Source of the DNA: Candidatus Woesearchaeota archaeon
GTDB taxonomy: Archaea > Nanobdellota > Nanobdellia > Pacearchaeales > GW2011-AR1
Assembly (NCBI GenBank): GCA_964468255.1
Contig: CAYXTB010000001.1
Location: 1 to 58,714 of the forward strand
Length of the DNA: 58,714 nucleotides
Direction of reading: 5' to 3'
Shown: positions 45,606-54,653 of the stretch, in pieces
Layout of the letters: every line of letters begins with the position of its first letter
Numbering within the stretch: position 1 is the first letter of the stretch
The notes under the pieces: model-generated
Told to the model about the DNA's origin: nothing
Seen by the model: only the letters and a program-made list of their open reading frames with translations
Database searches by the model: none
Program-made: the position numbers and the translations under genes

Positions 45606-46382
45606 ATGCCTTTTATTGATTTTTCTATGGATAATTCAAAGTACCATGTCTTAATTTTAGCTGCTGGAAAAAGCACAAGATTGGCTCATTTAACTAGAGG
45701 AAAGCCAAAATGCTTTTTGGAAATAGGAGGAAAAAGCATAATTGGACGCATGCTTGACTGCCTTAGTGAAAGAGGAATTAAGGAAGCGACTATAGTTATA
45801 GGCTATATGAGTGAATTTTTTATGAAAACCCTTGGAAATAAATACAAAAATATTGATATTGATTATATAGTAATGGATGATTATGCGACTACTCTGCATG
45901 GATGGGGGTTTTATCTTACCAAAGATAGATGGCAAAAAAGTAAAAAGCCAGTTATCTTTATGGACGCAGATAATATTTTTGATCCAAAATTAATAGATAA
46001 GCTTTTGGAAGAAAATAATGATAATGTTTCCTTAATTGATAACAATCCAGAGAACAAGAATACTGAAGAAGAGCTTGTTATTGGAGATAAAGAAGAAATA
46101 AAAGGCTTTGAAAGAGGAATCTTTTCAAAAGATAAGAAGTTCCTCGGTGAATTCGTCGGAATAAACAAATTTTCTCCTGAATTTATGGAAAACTTGTATA
46201 AGTTTATGGACTCTTTAGGAGATAAAATTAAGATCCTTAAATATGAAAAAGTCTTTGATAAATTCATTAATTTCACCAAAAATAAAATTAATTATTTAAA
46301 AACCGGCGGATTGAAATGGGTAAATGTTAATAATGAATATAGCTTTGAAAAAGCAAAAAAATTAGCCTTGTTTGAATTTTAA
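45606..46382 (+). CDS. sugar/alcohol-phosphate nucleotidyltransferase (LicC-like)
   Basis: 258 aa with the N-terminal ILAAGKSTRL...GKPKCFLEIGGKSII signature of the NTP_transferase family. Confidence 0.78.
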   Translation: MPFIDFSMDNSKYHVLILAAGKSTRLAHLTRGKPKCFLEIGGKSIIGRMLDCLSERGIKEATIVIGYMSEFFMKTLGNKYKNIDIDYIVMDDYATTLHGWGFYLTKDRWQKSKKPVIFMDADNIFDPKLIDKLLEENNDNVSLIDNNPENKNTEEELVIGDKEEIKGFERGIFSKDKKFLGEFVGINKFSPEFMENLYKFMDSLGDKIKILKYEKVFDKFINFTKNKINYLKTGGLKWVNVNNEYSFEKAKKLALFEF

Positions 46383-47039
46383 TTAGTATTTTCTATAGAC
46401 CCAGAACTTAAATATCCAAAAGGCGTTTGCTATTAGGCCGAATATAAATAACAGTGGCAGACTTGCAAAAAATATTGATATAGAGACCAGCCATCTTTGG
46501 ATACCATCTGTAAATCCTATAACTATTTTTCTTTTTCCAAATAATTTCTCTCTAACACTTTTTGCTATTTTATTTTTTTGCTTGAAAAAGGCAGCAGCGT
46601 AACCTGCGCTTAGGATTACCATAAACAGGCCAAACATTGCAAACAGGCCAACCCATATGTTTCCTAAAAAGTAGCCTGCAAAGAAAACAATTAGCGTGAA
46701 GCCGACTGTTCCTACAACACTGTCTAAATAAGCCCCGAAATTCCCATATTTCTTTCCCTTCTTGTAAGCATAATATCTCGCAACGTCCCCATCGCAACAG
46801 TCTAAAACGGCGGCAAGATGGACAAGAATCCCTGCAAAAATCCATTGATTTATATACATAAGATAAATAACTAGAAAATCGGCCAGAACAACTAATATAT
46901 TTACTATTATTGGCGATACTCTCAAAGAAATAAAAATCATGTTAAGGAAGATTGAAATTCTCCTGTAAAAATAATAGTCCATCCAAACCTCTGGATGATA
47001 ATCTTTTCTTAGATTTTTCAGCTCTTTGTATAATGACAT
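46383..47039 (-). CDS. CDP-alcohol phosphatidyltransferase family membrane protein
   Basis: 218 aa with multiple TM helices. It has DCCDGDVARY...G...D, matching the D-G-x2-A-R...G-x3-D-x3-D family motif. Confidence 0.8.
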   Translation of the reverse strand: MSLYKELKNLRKDYHPEVWMDYYFYRRISIFLNMIFISLRVSPIIVNILVVLADFLVIYLMYINQWIFAGILVHLAAVLDCCDGDVARYYAYKKGKKYGNFGAYLDSVVGTVGFTLIVFFAGYFLGNIWVGLFAMFGLFMVILSAGYAAAFFKQKNKIAKSVREKLFGKRKIVIGFTDGIQRWLVSISIFFASLPLLFIFGLIANAFWIFKFWVYRKY

Positions 47040-47102
47040 AACTCAATCTATTAATATGCATTTATAAGCATTGGCATTTTTACCCGTAATAGACATTTAT
47101 TT

Positions 47103-47807
47103 TTATATTTCTGGTTTATAAAATATTAAATTACATTTTGATGGGTAACCGTTTTTATATCTTAATGACTTCTGCAAAAATCCATAAAAACCATAGTCCT
47201 GTAACAAATCAAATATTTTCCCAAATGAAGTAATACCTTTATGTGCTCTTTGCAAATGCTTTTCTATTATAATAACATCAATTTCTTTTAATCTGTTCTG
47301 AAAACCTTTCAGTGCTTCATACTCTGCTCCTTCAACATCTATCTTTAACAAACATGGTTCAATTATCTTTATAGGCAAATGATCAAATCTCCTTTTATTA
47401 ACTTTTATTTTTTTAACTATTTCATTATCATAATCTATATTATGTTCAGAGTATTCAAACAAGGAGCTGTTAGCACTTCTTCTCTTATTTATATAGAATA
47501 TGCATTTGTTCTCGTCTTTATCCCATAAAGCGATTGGAAATGCCACCGCACCATATTTTTTAGCAACAGAATCGCATAAATCCTTTATAGGATCAATAGC
47601 ATAAATAAATCGCGCGTTCGGAAACAAAGATTTAAATGCTTTTATGTAAGATCCTTCATTACAACCCGCATCAATATATGTTTTAAAATCTTTTTTTGAA
47701 ATGTCTCTCGCCCATAAAATCTCAAAATAAGCGGCAGGTTTTACTTTCTTAATTAAAGATAAAATTGCCTTTGGTTGTTCTATCGCATTAATTATTTTTT
47801 GTTTCAT
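47103..47807 (-). CDS. FkbM-family methyltransferase
   Basis: It has the blocks IDAGCNEGSY and LLKIDVEGAEYEALKG. The start was trimmed to MKQKII (ATG 47807). Confidence 0.78.
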   Translation of the reverse strand: MKQKIINAIEQPKAILSLIKKVKPAAYFEILWARDISKKDFKTYIDAGCNEGSYIKAFKSLFPNARFIYAIDPIKDLCDSVAKKYGAVAFPIALWDKDENKCIFYINKRRSANSSLFEYSEHNIDYDNEIVKKIKVNKRRFDHLPIKIIEPCLLKIDVEGAEYEALKGFQNRLKEIDVIIIEKHLQRAHKGITSFGKIFDLLQDYGFYGFLQKSLRYKNGYPSKCNLIFYKPEI

Positions 47808-47877
47808 TGTTTTAACATCTTGTTTATGACAAAATTGGAGCAAAAGGGTTTATAAAACTCTCTTTTATAATGAATGA

Positions 47878-49401
47878 ATGAAAGAAAATAAAAAGATAAG
47901 CATAGCAAATCAAGCAATAGGAAACTCTATATTAGATATTATATCCTCATTTGTACAAAGAATAGGCGGCCTGATATTTACAATTATTGTTGCAAGAATT
48001 CTGATGCCTGAAGGATTTGGAATTTATGGCCTCGCAATTTCAATAGCTTCTGTATTTATGGTTTTTGGAAAGATGGGAATTGATGAGACATTTATCAGAT
48101 ATTTCTCAGAATTTTCTAGGAATAAGAAGATGGCAAGCGCTTATTTTAAATTTATAATGAAAATTAAGTTAATTGTTCTTCTTGTGTTATTAACAATTAT
48201 CTTTTTAAGTTCGCATGTATTAGTAAATTTAGTATTTAAAAAACCAGCTCTTTTTCTTCCTCTTCTTCTCTGCGCAGGATACATGTTCATTCTCTCCATA
48301 GAAGGACTCTTTACCTCATTCTTTATAGCAATAAGGAAAATAAAATATGTTGTGTATAAAGAAAGCCTGTTCCAATTCTTAAGAATAATACTTGTTGTTA
48401 TAATGGTTGCCATATTTGTTAAAAATCCTGACATTATTAACACATTTTTATCTCTGATATTGGCTTCCATTGTTACTTTTCTTTTTGTAATATTTAAAAT
48501 AAAGGCAATGTCTCCCAATTTGTTCAAAAAAGCTGGAAAATTGGATAAAAAAGATAAAAAAAGAATAATTCACTTCTTTGGTTATTTCACATTTACTTCA
48601 ATTTCATTAGTTTTCTTTGGAAATATAGATAGTGTAATGATTGGTTATCTTATAGAAAATGCAAGTGCAATTGGATTTTACAAGGCTGCATTTACAATCT
48701 CATCAAGTATAGCCGGATTTTTAGGATTTGGAATGGTTTTATTGCCTTTATTTATTCAAAAGAAGAAGAAACTTGAATATGTTTATAATATTGTATTAAA
48801 ATATTTAATGATTCTGGCTATTCCTGCCACATTCGGTATAATAGCACTGGCAAGCCATTTTGTTGTTCTTATATATGATTATGAATATATAGAATCAACG
48901 CTGCCACTTATATTTCTTGCATTTACAATAATCTTGACTGTTTATGTAAGTTCTGTAGTGCAATTATTCCTAACAAAAGAAAAGCCACAAGGTTATTTTA
49001 AACTGCTTTTATCTGTAATTATAATAAATATTATACTAAATTATATTTTAATAACTTCTTTGTTAAGATACTCAATTATATGGGGTGTTAGTGGAGCAGC
49101 AATTGCAACTGTTTTAAGCTGGCTTATTTATGCTGTTGGAATTAATATTTTAGCAAAAAAGAAATTAGGCATAAGAACAAAGATAAGAGTTATGATTAAA
49201 CCTTTTTTCGCCTCTCTAGTGATGTTTGCAGTTATTTATCTTATAAAAAAACAATATTACGATATAAGCCTATTGTCAGGATTTCTGCTTGTAATTACTG
49301 GGGCAGTTATTTATCTTATAATTATGCTCGTAATTAAAGGTATTGTAAAAGAGGATATTTTAATATTTAGAGATTTTATTAAAAACAGTAATTTGATTTG
49401 A
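47878..49401 (+). CDS. polysaccharide/oligosaccharide flippase (Wzx-like, MOP superfamily)
   Basis: 507 aa with about 12-14 predicted TM helices. The size and hydrophobic pattern fit polysaccharide biosynthesis transporters, and the gene sits in a glycosylation cluster. Confidence 0.7.
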   Translation: MKENKKISIANQAIGNSILDIISSFVQRIGGLIFTIIVARILMPEGFGIYGLAISIASVFMVFGKMGIDETFIRYFSEFSRNKKMASAYFKFIMKIKLIVLLVLLTIIFLSSHVLVNLVFKKPALFLPLLLCAGYMFILSIEGLFTSFFIAIRKIKYVVYKESLFQFLRIILVVIMVAIFVKNPDIINTFLSLILASIVTFLFVIFKIKAMSPNLFKKAGKLDKKDKKRIIHFFGYFTFTSISLVFFGNIDSVMIGYLIENASAIGFYKAAFTISSSIAGFLGFGMVLLPLFIQKKKKLEYVYNIVLKYLMILAIPATFGIIALASHFVVLIYDYEYIESTLPLIFLAFTIILTVYVSSVVQLFLTKEKPQGYFKLLLSVIIINIILNYILITSLLRYSIIWGVSGAAIATVLSWLIYAVGINILAKKKLGIRTKIRVMIKPFFASLVMFAVIYLIKKQYYDISLLSGFLLVITGAVIYLIIMLVIKGIVKEDILIFRDFIKNSNLI

Positions 49402-49590
49402 TATTATTTTTCTGTGAGTGCATGTTAGTTTATATGTCAACTAACCAGTGATTCTTAACATTGTATCAAGGAGGAAAAATGAAGATATCTTATGTTAAAC
49501 AGAATTTAACGAGAATGTAATAACTATCAATTATGTTAAGTTTGATATTAGACTTAATATTATAGATAATTTTAAAAGGAAGTCTTTATT

Positions 49591-50370
49591 GTGAGCAGAA
49601 TGATTTTTAAGATTAGGCAGTGCTTAGAAGTGATTAGAATAATAAAAAATTTTCCTCTATATTTTGCAAACTATTTCAAACTGGTTAATAAAAAATATAT
49701 TATTTATAAGTTAAGAAATGGCATTAAATATAAAACAAGGTCTGGCACTACAGACCGAGGAATAATTAATGAGATATTTATTTATAAAGAGTATAATCCA
49801 AGAGGATTTGAAATTAAAAAGGATGATGTTGTAATAGATATTGGCGGGCATATAGGAATATTTACAATTCTTGCCTCAAAACTTGCTGAGAATGGAAAGA
49901 TATATGTTTTTGAGCCCATGCCAGAGAATTTTAATCTTCTTTTAGAGAATATCAGAATTAATAATAGAAGTAATGTAGTCGCTTTCAAAAAAGCAGTTGC
50001 TAGTAAAAATGAAAAAAAAGATCTTTTTCTCTCAGAAGGGGAAAATAAGGGAGGAAACTCATTTTATAAGAAAAATGAAAATTCTAGGAAAATAGAAGTT
50101 GAAACCTTGGCTTTTCAAGATTTTATCAAGAAAAATAAGATAAAAAAGATAGATTTTTTGAAAATGGATTGCGAGGGAGGTGAATATGACATTTTATTTA
50201 AATGCCCTAAGGAAACATTGAAGAAAATTAGCAAAATAAGCATGGAATACCATAATCTTAGCAATAAAAATAATGGCGAAAGATTAAAGGCATTTCTGGA
50301 AAAATCTGGATTTATAGTAATAAAGAAAGAATTGAGAAAAAGGGGTATGATTTATGCAAAGAGAGAATAA
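49591..50370 (+). CDS. FkbM-family methyltransferase
   Basis: It has the blocks VVIDIGGHIGIFT and FLKMDCEGGEYDILF. It has a GTG start; an alternative ATG lies at 49600. Confidence 0.78.
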   Translation: MSRMIFKIRQCLEVIRIIKNFPLYFANYFKLVNKKYIIYKLRNGIKYKTRSGTTDRGIINEIFIYKEYNPRGFEIKKDDVVIDIGGHIGIFTILASKLAENGKIYVFEPMPENFNLLLENIRINNRSNVVAFKKAVASKNEKKDLFLSEGENKGGNSFYKKNENSRKIEVETLAFQDFIKKNKIKKIDFLKMDCEGGEYDILFKCPKETLKKISKISMEYHNLSNKNNGERLKAFLEKSGFIVIKKELRKRGMIYAKRE

Positions 50371-50378
50371 CAATGTTT

Positions 50379-51389
50379 TTAAGATTTTTTTGCTAAAATC
50401 TCATCTATTTTTTCTGTTATTTCGCTAACTTTTATCTTTTTAAGCTCAGCATAAATGTAATGCCCATTTTTCCCAAGAGGCTCTATATATTCCAAAGGAA
50501 GATATTTCTCTATAAGGGCAAGAGTTGGGGATCTTCCAACCCATGCTATATGCATCGGACCGCCATCATGCGCTATAATTAAGCTACTTTTTTTAAAAAG
50601 TAAATAAAGAACCCTTAAATTTTCCTTTATTAATACAATAATTTGCGGATGTTTTTTCTTTAACCAATCAATTTTCTTTTTATCTGTTCCTAATATTAAA
50701 ATCTTTTTTTCTGGATAATTTTTTTCAAAATGCTTTATTAACAAATCAAATTTTTCTATTGGCATTGCTTTTTTTTCCATGCTACTATCTGGAACAATAC
50801 ATATAAACTGCTTCTTCTTTAAACCATTCTTTTTCATAAGCTTATTCGTATATTTTTCATCTCCTTTATCAGTCCAAATTTCTGGCCAGTAATTTTTTCT
50901 ATTCAAACCTAGTCCATTATTAATTAAATCAAGTCTTTGTAAAACACAATGCCTTTTTTTATTTTCATAATCTTTTTTTGTCTTGCCGTAGTGCAAAAGA
51001 AATTTTCCATAATATTGGCTGTAAAAGCCTATTCTATATTTAATCCCTGGCAGAAACATAAGGAAAAAGATGTTAGAAAAACTGCCACGTAGCTCTACAC
51101 CAAGGTCATATTTTTCTTTCCTGATTTTTATAGAGGCTTTTAAATATGATAAGAAGTCTTTAAAAGTTCTTGGCGCAGAATTTAAAACTATAATCTCTTC
51201 AAAGTAAGGGTTTTTTTCAACTAAAGATTTATTCAATTCAGAGCAAACTAGAGTTATCTTTGCTTTGGGAAATTCCTCCCTTAATTCCCTAAACACGTTA
51301 GAAGACAAAATAATGTCCCCTATCATATCATTTTTTATCAAAAGTATTTTCTTTACTTTCTTCTTGTCAAAATATTTGTTTAAAAGCAT
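50379..51389 (-). CDS. glycosyltransferase family 9 (heptosyltransferase-like)
   Basis: 336 aa. The N-terminus has KKILLIKNDMIGDIILS and the C-terminus has IIAHDGGPMHIAWVGRSPTLALI, both typical of GT9. Confidence 0.75.
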   Translation of the reverse strand: MLLNKYFDKKKVKKILLIKNDMIGDIILSSNVFRELREEFPKAKITLVCSELNKSLVEKNPYFEEIIVLNSAPRTFKDFLSYLKASIKIRKEKYDLGVELRGSFSNIFFLMFLPGIKYRIGFYSQYYGKFLLHYGKTKKDYENKKRHCVLQRLDLINNGLGLNRKNYWPEIWTDKGDEKYTNKLMKKNGLKKKQFICIVPDSSMEKKAMPIEKFDLLIKHFEKNYPEKKILILGTDKKKIDWLKKKHPQIIVLIKENLRVLYLLFKKSSLIIAHDGGPMHIAWVGRSPTLALIEKYLPLEYIEPLGKNGHYIYAELKKIKVSEITEKIDEILAKKS

Positions 51390-51474
51390 TTTTTTATAAG
51401 CTTAGGGCTATTTTTAAATTTAACACTTATATTTAAAAAGCAGAGATTATTAAAATTTTCATTACACAAATAAG

Positions 51475-52260
51475 ATGAACGGAAAACAACAAATGAGTGA
51501 TAAGGAATTTGCAGAATGGATGCGTGAATTTTACAATAAAAAAGCAAAAAGCGTTTTTAAAGGAGATTATGAATGCTACAGATGGTTCAGTACGCCCATA
51601 AAAAAAAGGCAATATGCTTTTACTACTTTAAGCTTACTTTATCATTTGAGAGATATAAGATTCAAAAATTGTCTTGAAATCGGATGCGGTGCAGGAACAT
51701 GGACAAAACTTCTAATCAAAAAATATCCAAAAGCGAGATTTACTTGTCTGGATATTTCAAAAGAAATGATAAAACAATTTAAAATTAAAATCAAATCAAA
51801 AAGAGTTAAAATAATAATAAATAATTTCTTGGATCAGGAGTTTAAAAGTAAATATGATTTTATATTCTGCTCAAGAGCTATTGAATATATTCCAAACAAG
51901 CCAGAAGTAATAAAAAAGTTTTATGAGCTTCTTCTTCCAGGAGGAAATGGAATAATTGTGAGCTCTTCACCGCATCCTGTTTTCTTTCGCATTAAGAAAC
52001 TATTTAAAAGAAAGATTAATCTACAGCATACACAAAGAATATCTGTAAAAGATTTGTATAAATTGTTAAAAAATGCTGGTTTTGTAAATATTGAGTTCTA
52101 TCCTATTCTCTTCAGTGAGCTTAAGGTGATACCAACAAAAAGACTCTTTAAGAATTTATATAAAAAAAAATTCGGCATATTATCTAGAATTTTCGCTACC
52201 GGCTACATAACAAAGTTTAAAAAATTCGTTTATTCTGAAGAAAAGAATGAAAAAATTTAA
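51475..52260 (+). CDS. class I SAM-dependent methyltransferase
   Basis: It has the motif I block CLEIGCGAGTWTKLL and the post-I residue CLDIS. Confidence 0.8.
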   Translation: MNGKQQMSDKEFAEWMREFYNKKAKSVFKGDYECYRWFSTPIKKRQYAFTTLSLLYHLRDIRFKNCLEIGCGAGTWTKLLIKKYPKARFTCLDISKEMIKQFKIKIKSKRVKIIINNFLDQEFKSKYDFIFCSRAIEYIPNKPEVIKKFYELLLPGGNGIIVSSSPHPVFFRIKKLFKRKINLQHTQRISVKDLYKLLKNAGFVNIEFYPILFSELKVIPTKRLFKNLYKKKFGILSRIFATGYITKFKKFVYSEEKNEKI

Positions 52261-52831
52261 AATAGTATTTATCGGAGCAGAGGAAAGCGGCAAGACAACA
52301 TTTATCAATTACATAAAAGAAGAACTTGAAAAGGAAGGAAAAAAAGTAAGTATCTTGTTAATGGGCTGGAAAAATTTTATAAATCCTTTTTTAAGAATCT
52401 TTTCAAAGATGTATCTAAAAAATAAAAAAGGTTCTGCAAGCCGGAGAATTATAGAACATAAAAAAAGATCTTTCCTTTTTTTTATGATATATTATTCTGA
52501 GCTTTGGTTAAGATATATGAAAGCTCTTCTTTCCAAAAATAATATTATACTTATTGATAGATATTTTTACGATGAACTTGCCTTTGCAAATGGAATAAAA
52601 TTTAAGATATTCAAATTAATAACGCCTGAGCCAGACTTATGCATAATAATGGTGGCTCCTGTTTCTGTTATGAGAAAAAGGGGGCTATTAGTAAATAAAA
52701 AAGACTTTTATGGTTTTTATGAAAGACTTAAAAGAGTTGCAAAATTAGGAAATTTAATCTACATTAATAGCTCTAAAAATTTAAAAAATAATTACTTTAT
52801 CTTAAGAAATGCAATCTCTAAATTTATATGA
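52247..52831 (+). CDS. thymidylate-kinase-like P-loop kinase (paralogue group 4 of 4)
   Basis: 194 aa with the blocks IVFIGAEESGKTT, LIDRYFYDELAF and CIIMVAPVSVMRKRG. It overlaps the preceding methyltransferase gene by 14 nt. Confidence 0.65.
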   Translation: MKKFKIVFIGAEESGKTTFINYIKEELEKEGKKVSILLMGWKNFINPFLRIFSKMYLKNKKGSASRRIIEHKKRSFLFFMIYYSELWLRYMKALLSKNNIILIDRYFYDELAFANGIKFKIFKLITPEPDLCIIMVAPVSVMRKRGLLVNKKDFYGFYERLKRVAKLGNLIYINSSKNLKNNYFILRNAISKFI

Positions 52832-53000
52832 AGTTAAATTCTGTAACTCGCTGTTTCTTATGAATAGGATATTTTTAGAATCTTTTTAGCATTGAAGGAT
52901 TCTGTTAGATTAAAAGGTAATGAACTGACTAAATAGTTATAAAAAGCCTATTGAAGCGCAGTATAAGAATCTATAAAAACTAATATTGGAAAAAGGGTTT

Positions 53001-53381
53001 ATGATAAAATGGCTTGAAAGAAGAAATAAAATTTCTTGGCTTATAACTTTGCTAATAGCTGCTGCTATTTCCTATATATCTACAATTACCTTCCCTTCTT
53101 CTCCTTATTCTGGGTTTGGAATAAAAGCAATTTTGTATCACATAATTGCCTTTTTCCTTTTTACCATTTTTTTAATGGCTTCTCTATCAAAAGGAAAATC
53201 TAGAATTTTATTAATTATAGCTTTTTTCATCTCTCTTTTTTATGGAGTAATTGATGAATTGCATCAGTCTTTTGTTCCTGGAAGAGATGCTTCTTTATAT
53301 GATTTTATGTTAAATTCTATTGGCATTATTTATGCTTTCTTTATTTATATGATTTCCTTGGCTTATAGAAAGAATAAGTAG
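53001..53381 (+). CDS. VanZ-like membrane protein
   Basis: It has four hydrophobic helices and the GVIDELHQSFVPGRDASLYDFMLNSIG block typical of the VanZ family. The start was set at the ATG at 53001; the track ORF starts at a TTG at 52986. Confidence 0.7.
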   Translation: MIKWLERRNKISWLITLLIAAAISYISTITFPSSPYSGFGIKAILYHIIAFFLFTIFLMASLSKGKSRILLIIAFFISLFYGVIDELHQSFVPGRDASLYDFMLNSIGIIYAFFIYMISLAYRKNK

Positions 53382-53427
53382 AAGTGAATGCATAAATGCT
53401 TATAAAGCCCTGCTCTCAGGGATTTTC

Positions 53428-54570
53428 ATGAGAAAATTAAAAATTGCGCATGTATGCTCTGAATATTTTCCTGCTATAAGCGGAGTTGGACAGGTAGTTG
53501 AGGAATTGGCTAAAAGGCAGGCAAAAGAAGGGCACGAAGTGCATGTTTTTGCTCCTGATTGGGATAAGAAAAAGAGAATAAAAATAAAAGAAGAAATAAT
53601 TGGCGGAATTTTTGTGCATAGATGTAGGCATATAGCAAGAATTGCAAATTTTGCCAGTATTTGGCCGTCTGTCTTCTTTAGAATTTTAAAAGGAAATTTT
53701 GATATCGTGCATAGCCATGTTTTTGGGCATCTGCATTTTGTGCTTGCTGCTTTTGCTTCAAAAATGAAAAAAGCAAAGCATATACATACAACCCATTGCC
53801 CATGGACAGATGCTTACAGGTCATTATTAGGAAGAATCGGAATTTTAATTAGCTATAATATTTTTTCAAGAATTGCATTGAAAATGACTGATAAAATAAT
53901 TGCAATAACCCCTTGGGAAATTGATTTTATCAAAAAATATGGGGGGAAAAAAGAGCAGATAAATATATTGCCTAATGGAATGAGCAATGATTTCTTTAAA
54001 AAAATAAAGAAAAATGATTTCAAAAGGAAAAATGGGATAAAAGGAAAAATGATTTTGTTCTTTGGAAGATTAAATGTGACAAAAGGGCCTGATAAATTTG
54101 TTGATATTGCAAAGCTTGTTTTAAAGGAAAGAAATGCAAGTTTTGTTATAAGAGGGCCTGATGAGGGCATGCTTGAAATTGTGAAGAATAAAATAGGAAA
54201 TGAAAAAAGAATTAAGCTGATGGAAGCGACAAGAGATAGAAAAGAAATATTGAAAATGTATCAATCTGCTGATATTTTTGTAATGCCGAGCTTCAGAGAA
54301 GGTCTTCCTTTAACTTTGTTTGAAGCAATGGCTTCTGGAATTCCAGTAGTTGCTTCTCCTGTAAATGGAATTCCGTTTGAAATGAAGGAAAAGGAGAATG
54401 GATTTCTTGTTGAGTATGAAAATAATGAAAAATTTTCACAAAGAATAAAAGAATTACTTGATAATAAGAAGCTAAGAGATAAAATGAGGAGAAATAATAT
54501 AAAAAAGGCAAAGAATTACAGATGGGATGATATATGTAAAAAGACTCTGGAGATTTATGAAATAGAATAA
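53428..54570 (+). CDS. glycosyltransferase family 4 (GT-B, retaining)
   Basis: 380 aa with the C-terminal EGLPLTLFEAMASGIPVVAS block (E-x7-E). Confidence 0.85.
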   Translation: MRKLKIAHVCSEYFPAISGVGQVVEELAKRQAKEGHEVHVFAPDWDKKKRIKIKEEIIGGIFVHRCRHIARIANFASIWPSVFFRILKGNFDIVHSHVFGHLHFVLAAFASKMKKAKHIHTTHCPWTDAYRSLLGRIGILISYNIFSRIALKMTDKIIAITPWEIDFIKKYGGKKEQINILPNGMSNDFFKKIKKNDFKRKNGIKGKMILFFGRLNVTKGPDKFVDIAKLVLKERNASFVIRGPDEGMLEIVKNKIGNEKRIKLMEATRDRKEILKMYQSADIFVMPSFREGLPLTLFEAMASGIPVVASPVNGIPFEMKEKENGFLVEYENNEKFSQRIKELLDNKKLRDKMRRNNIKKAKNYRWDDICKKTLEIYEIE

Positions 54571-54653
54571 AAATATTTGGCTAAATTTTATTTACTGATA
54601 TGTGACAAAAGTTCTGATTAAGCTTTATATATAGAGGTTATAGATTTATTGAT

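Noticed and set aside
46570-46845. 91-aa alternative-frame ORF inside the CDP-alcohol phosphatidyltransferase gene
   Set aside because: It is on the same strand but out of frame, and its translation is Arg/Cys-rich. The main frame carries the family motif.
49468-49520. AAGGAGG followed by a 13-codon mini-ORF (MKISYVKQNLTRM) upstream of the FkbM methyltransferase gene
   Set aside because: It could be a leader peptide. However, a 13-codon ORF in AT-rich intergenic DNA is easily due to chance, and nothing else supports it.
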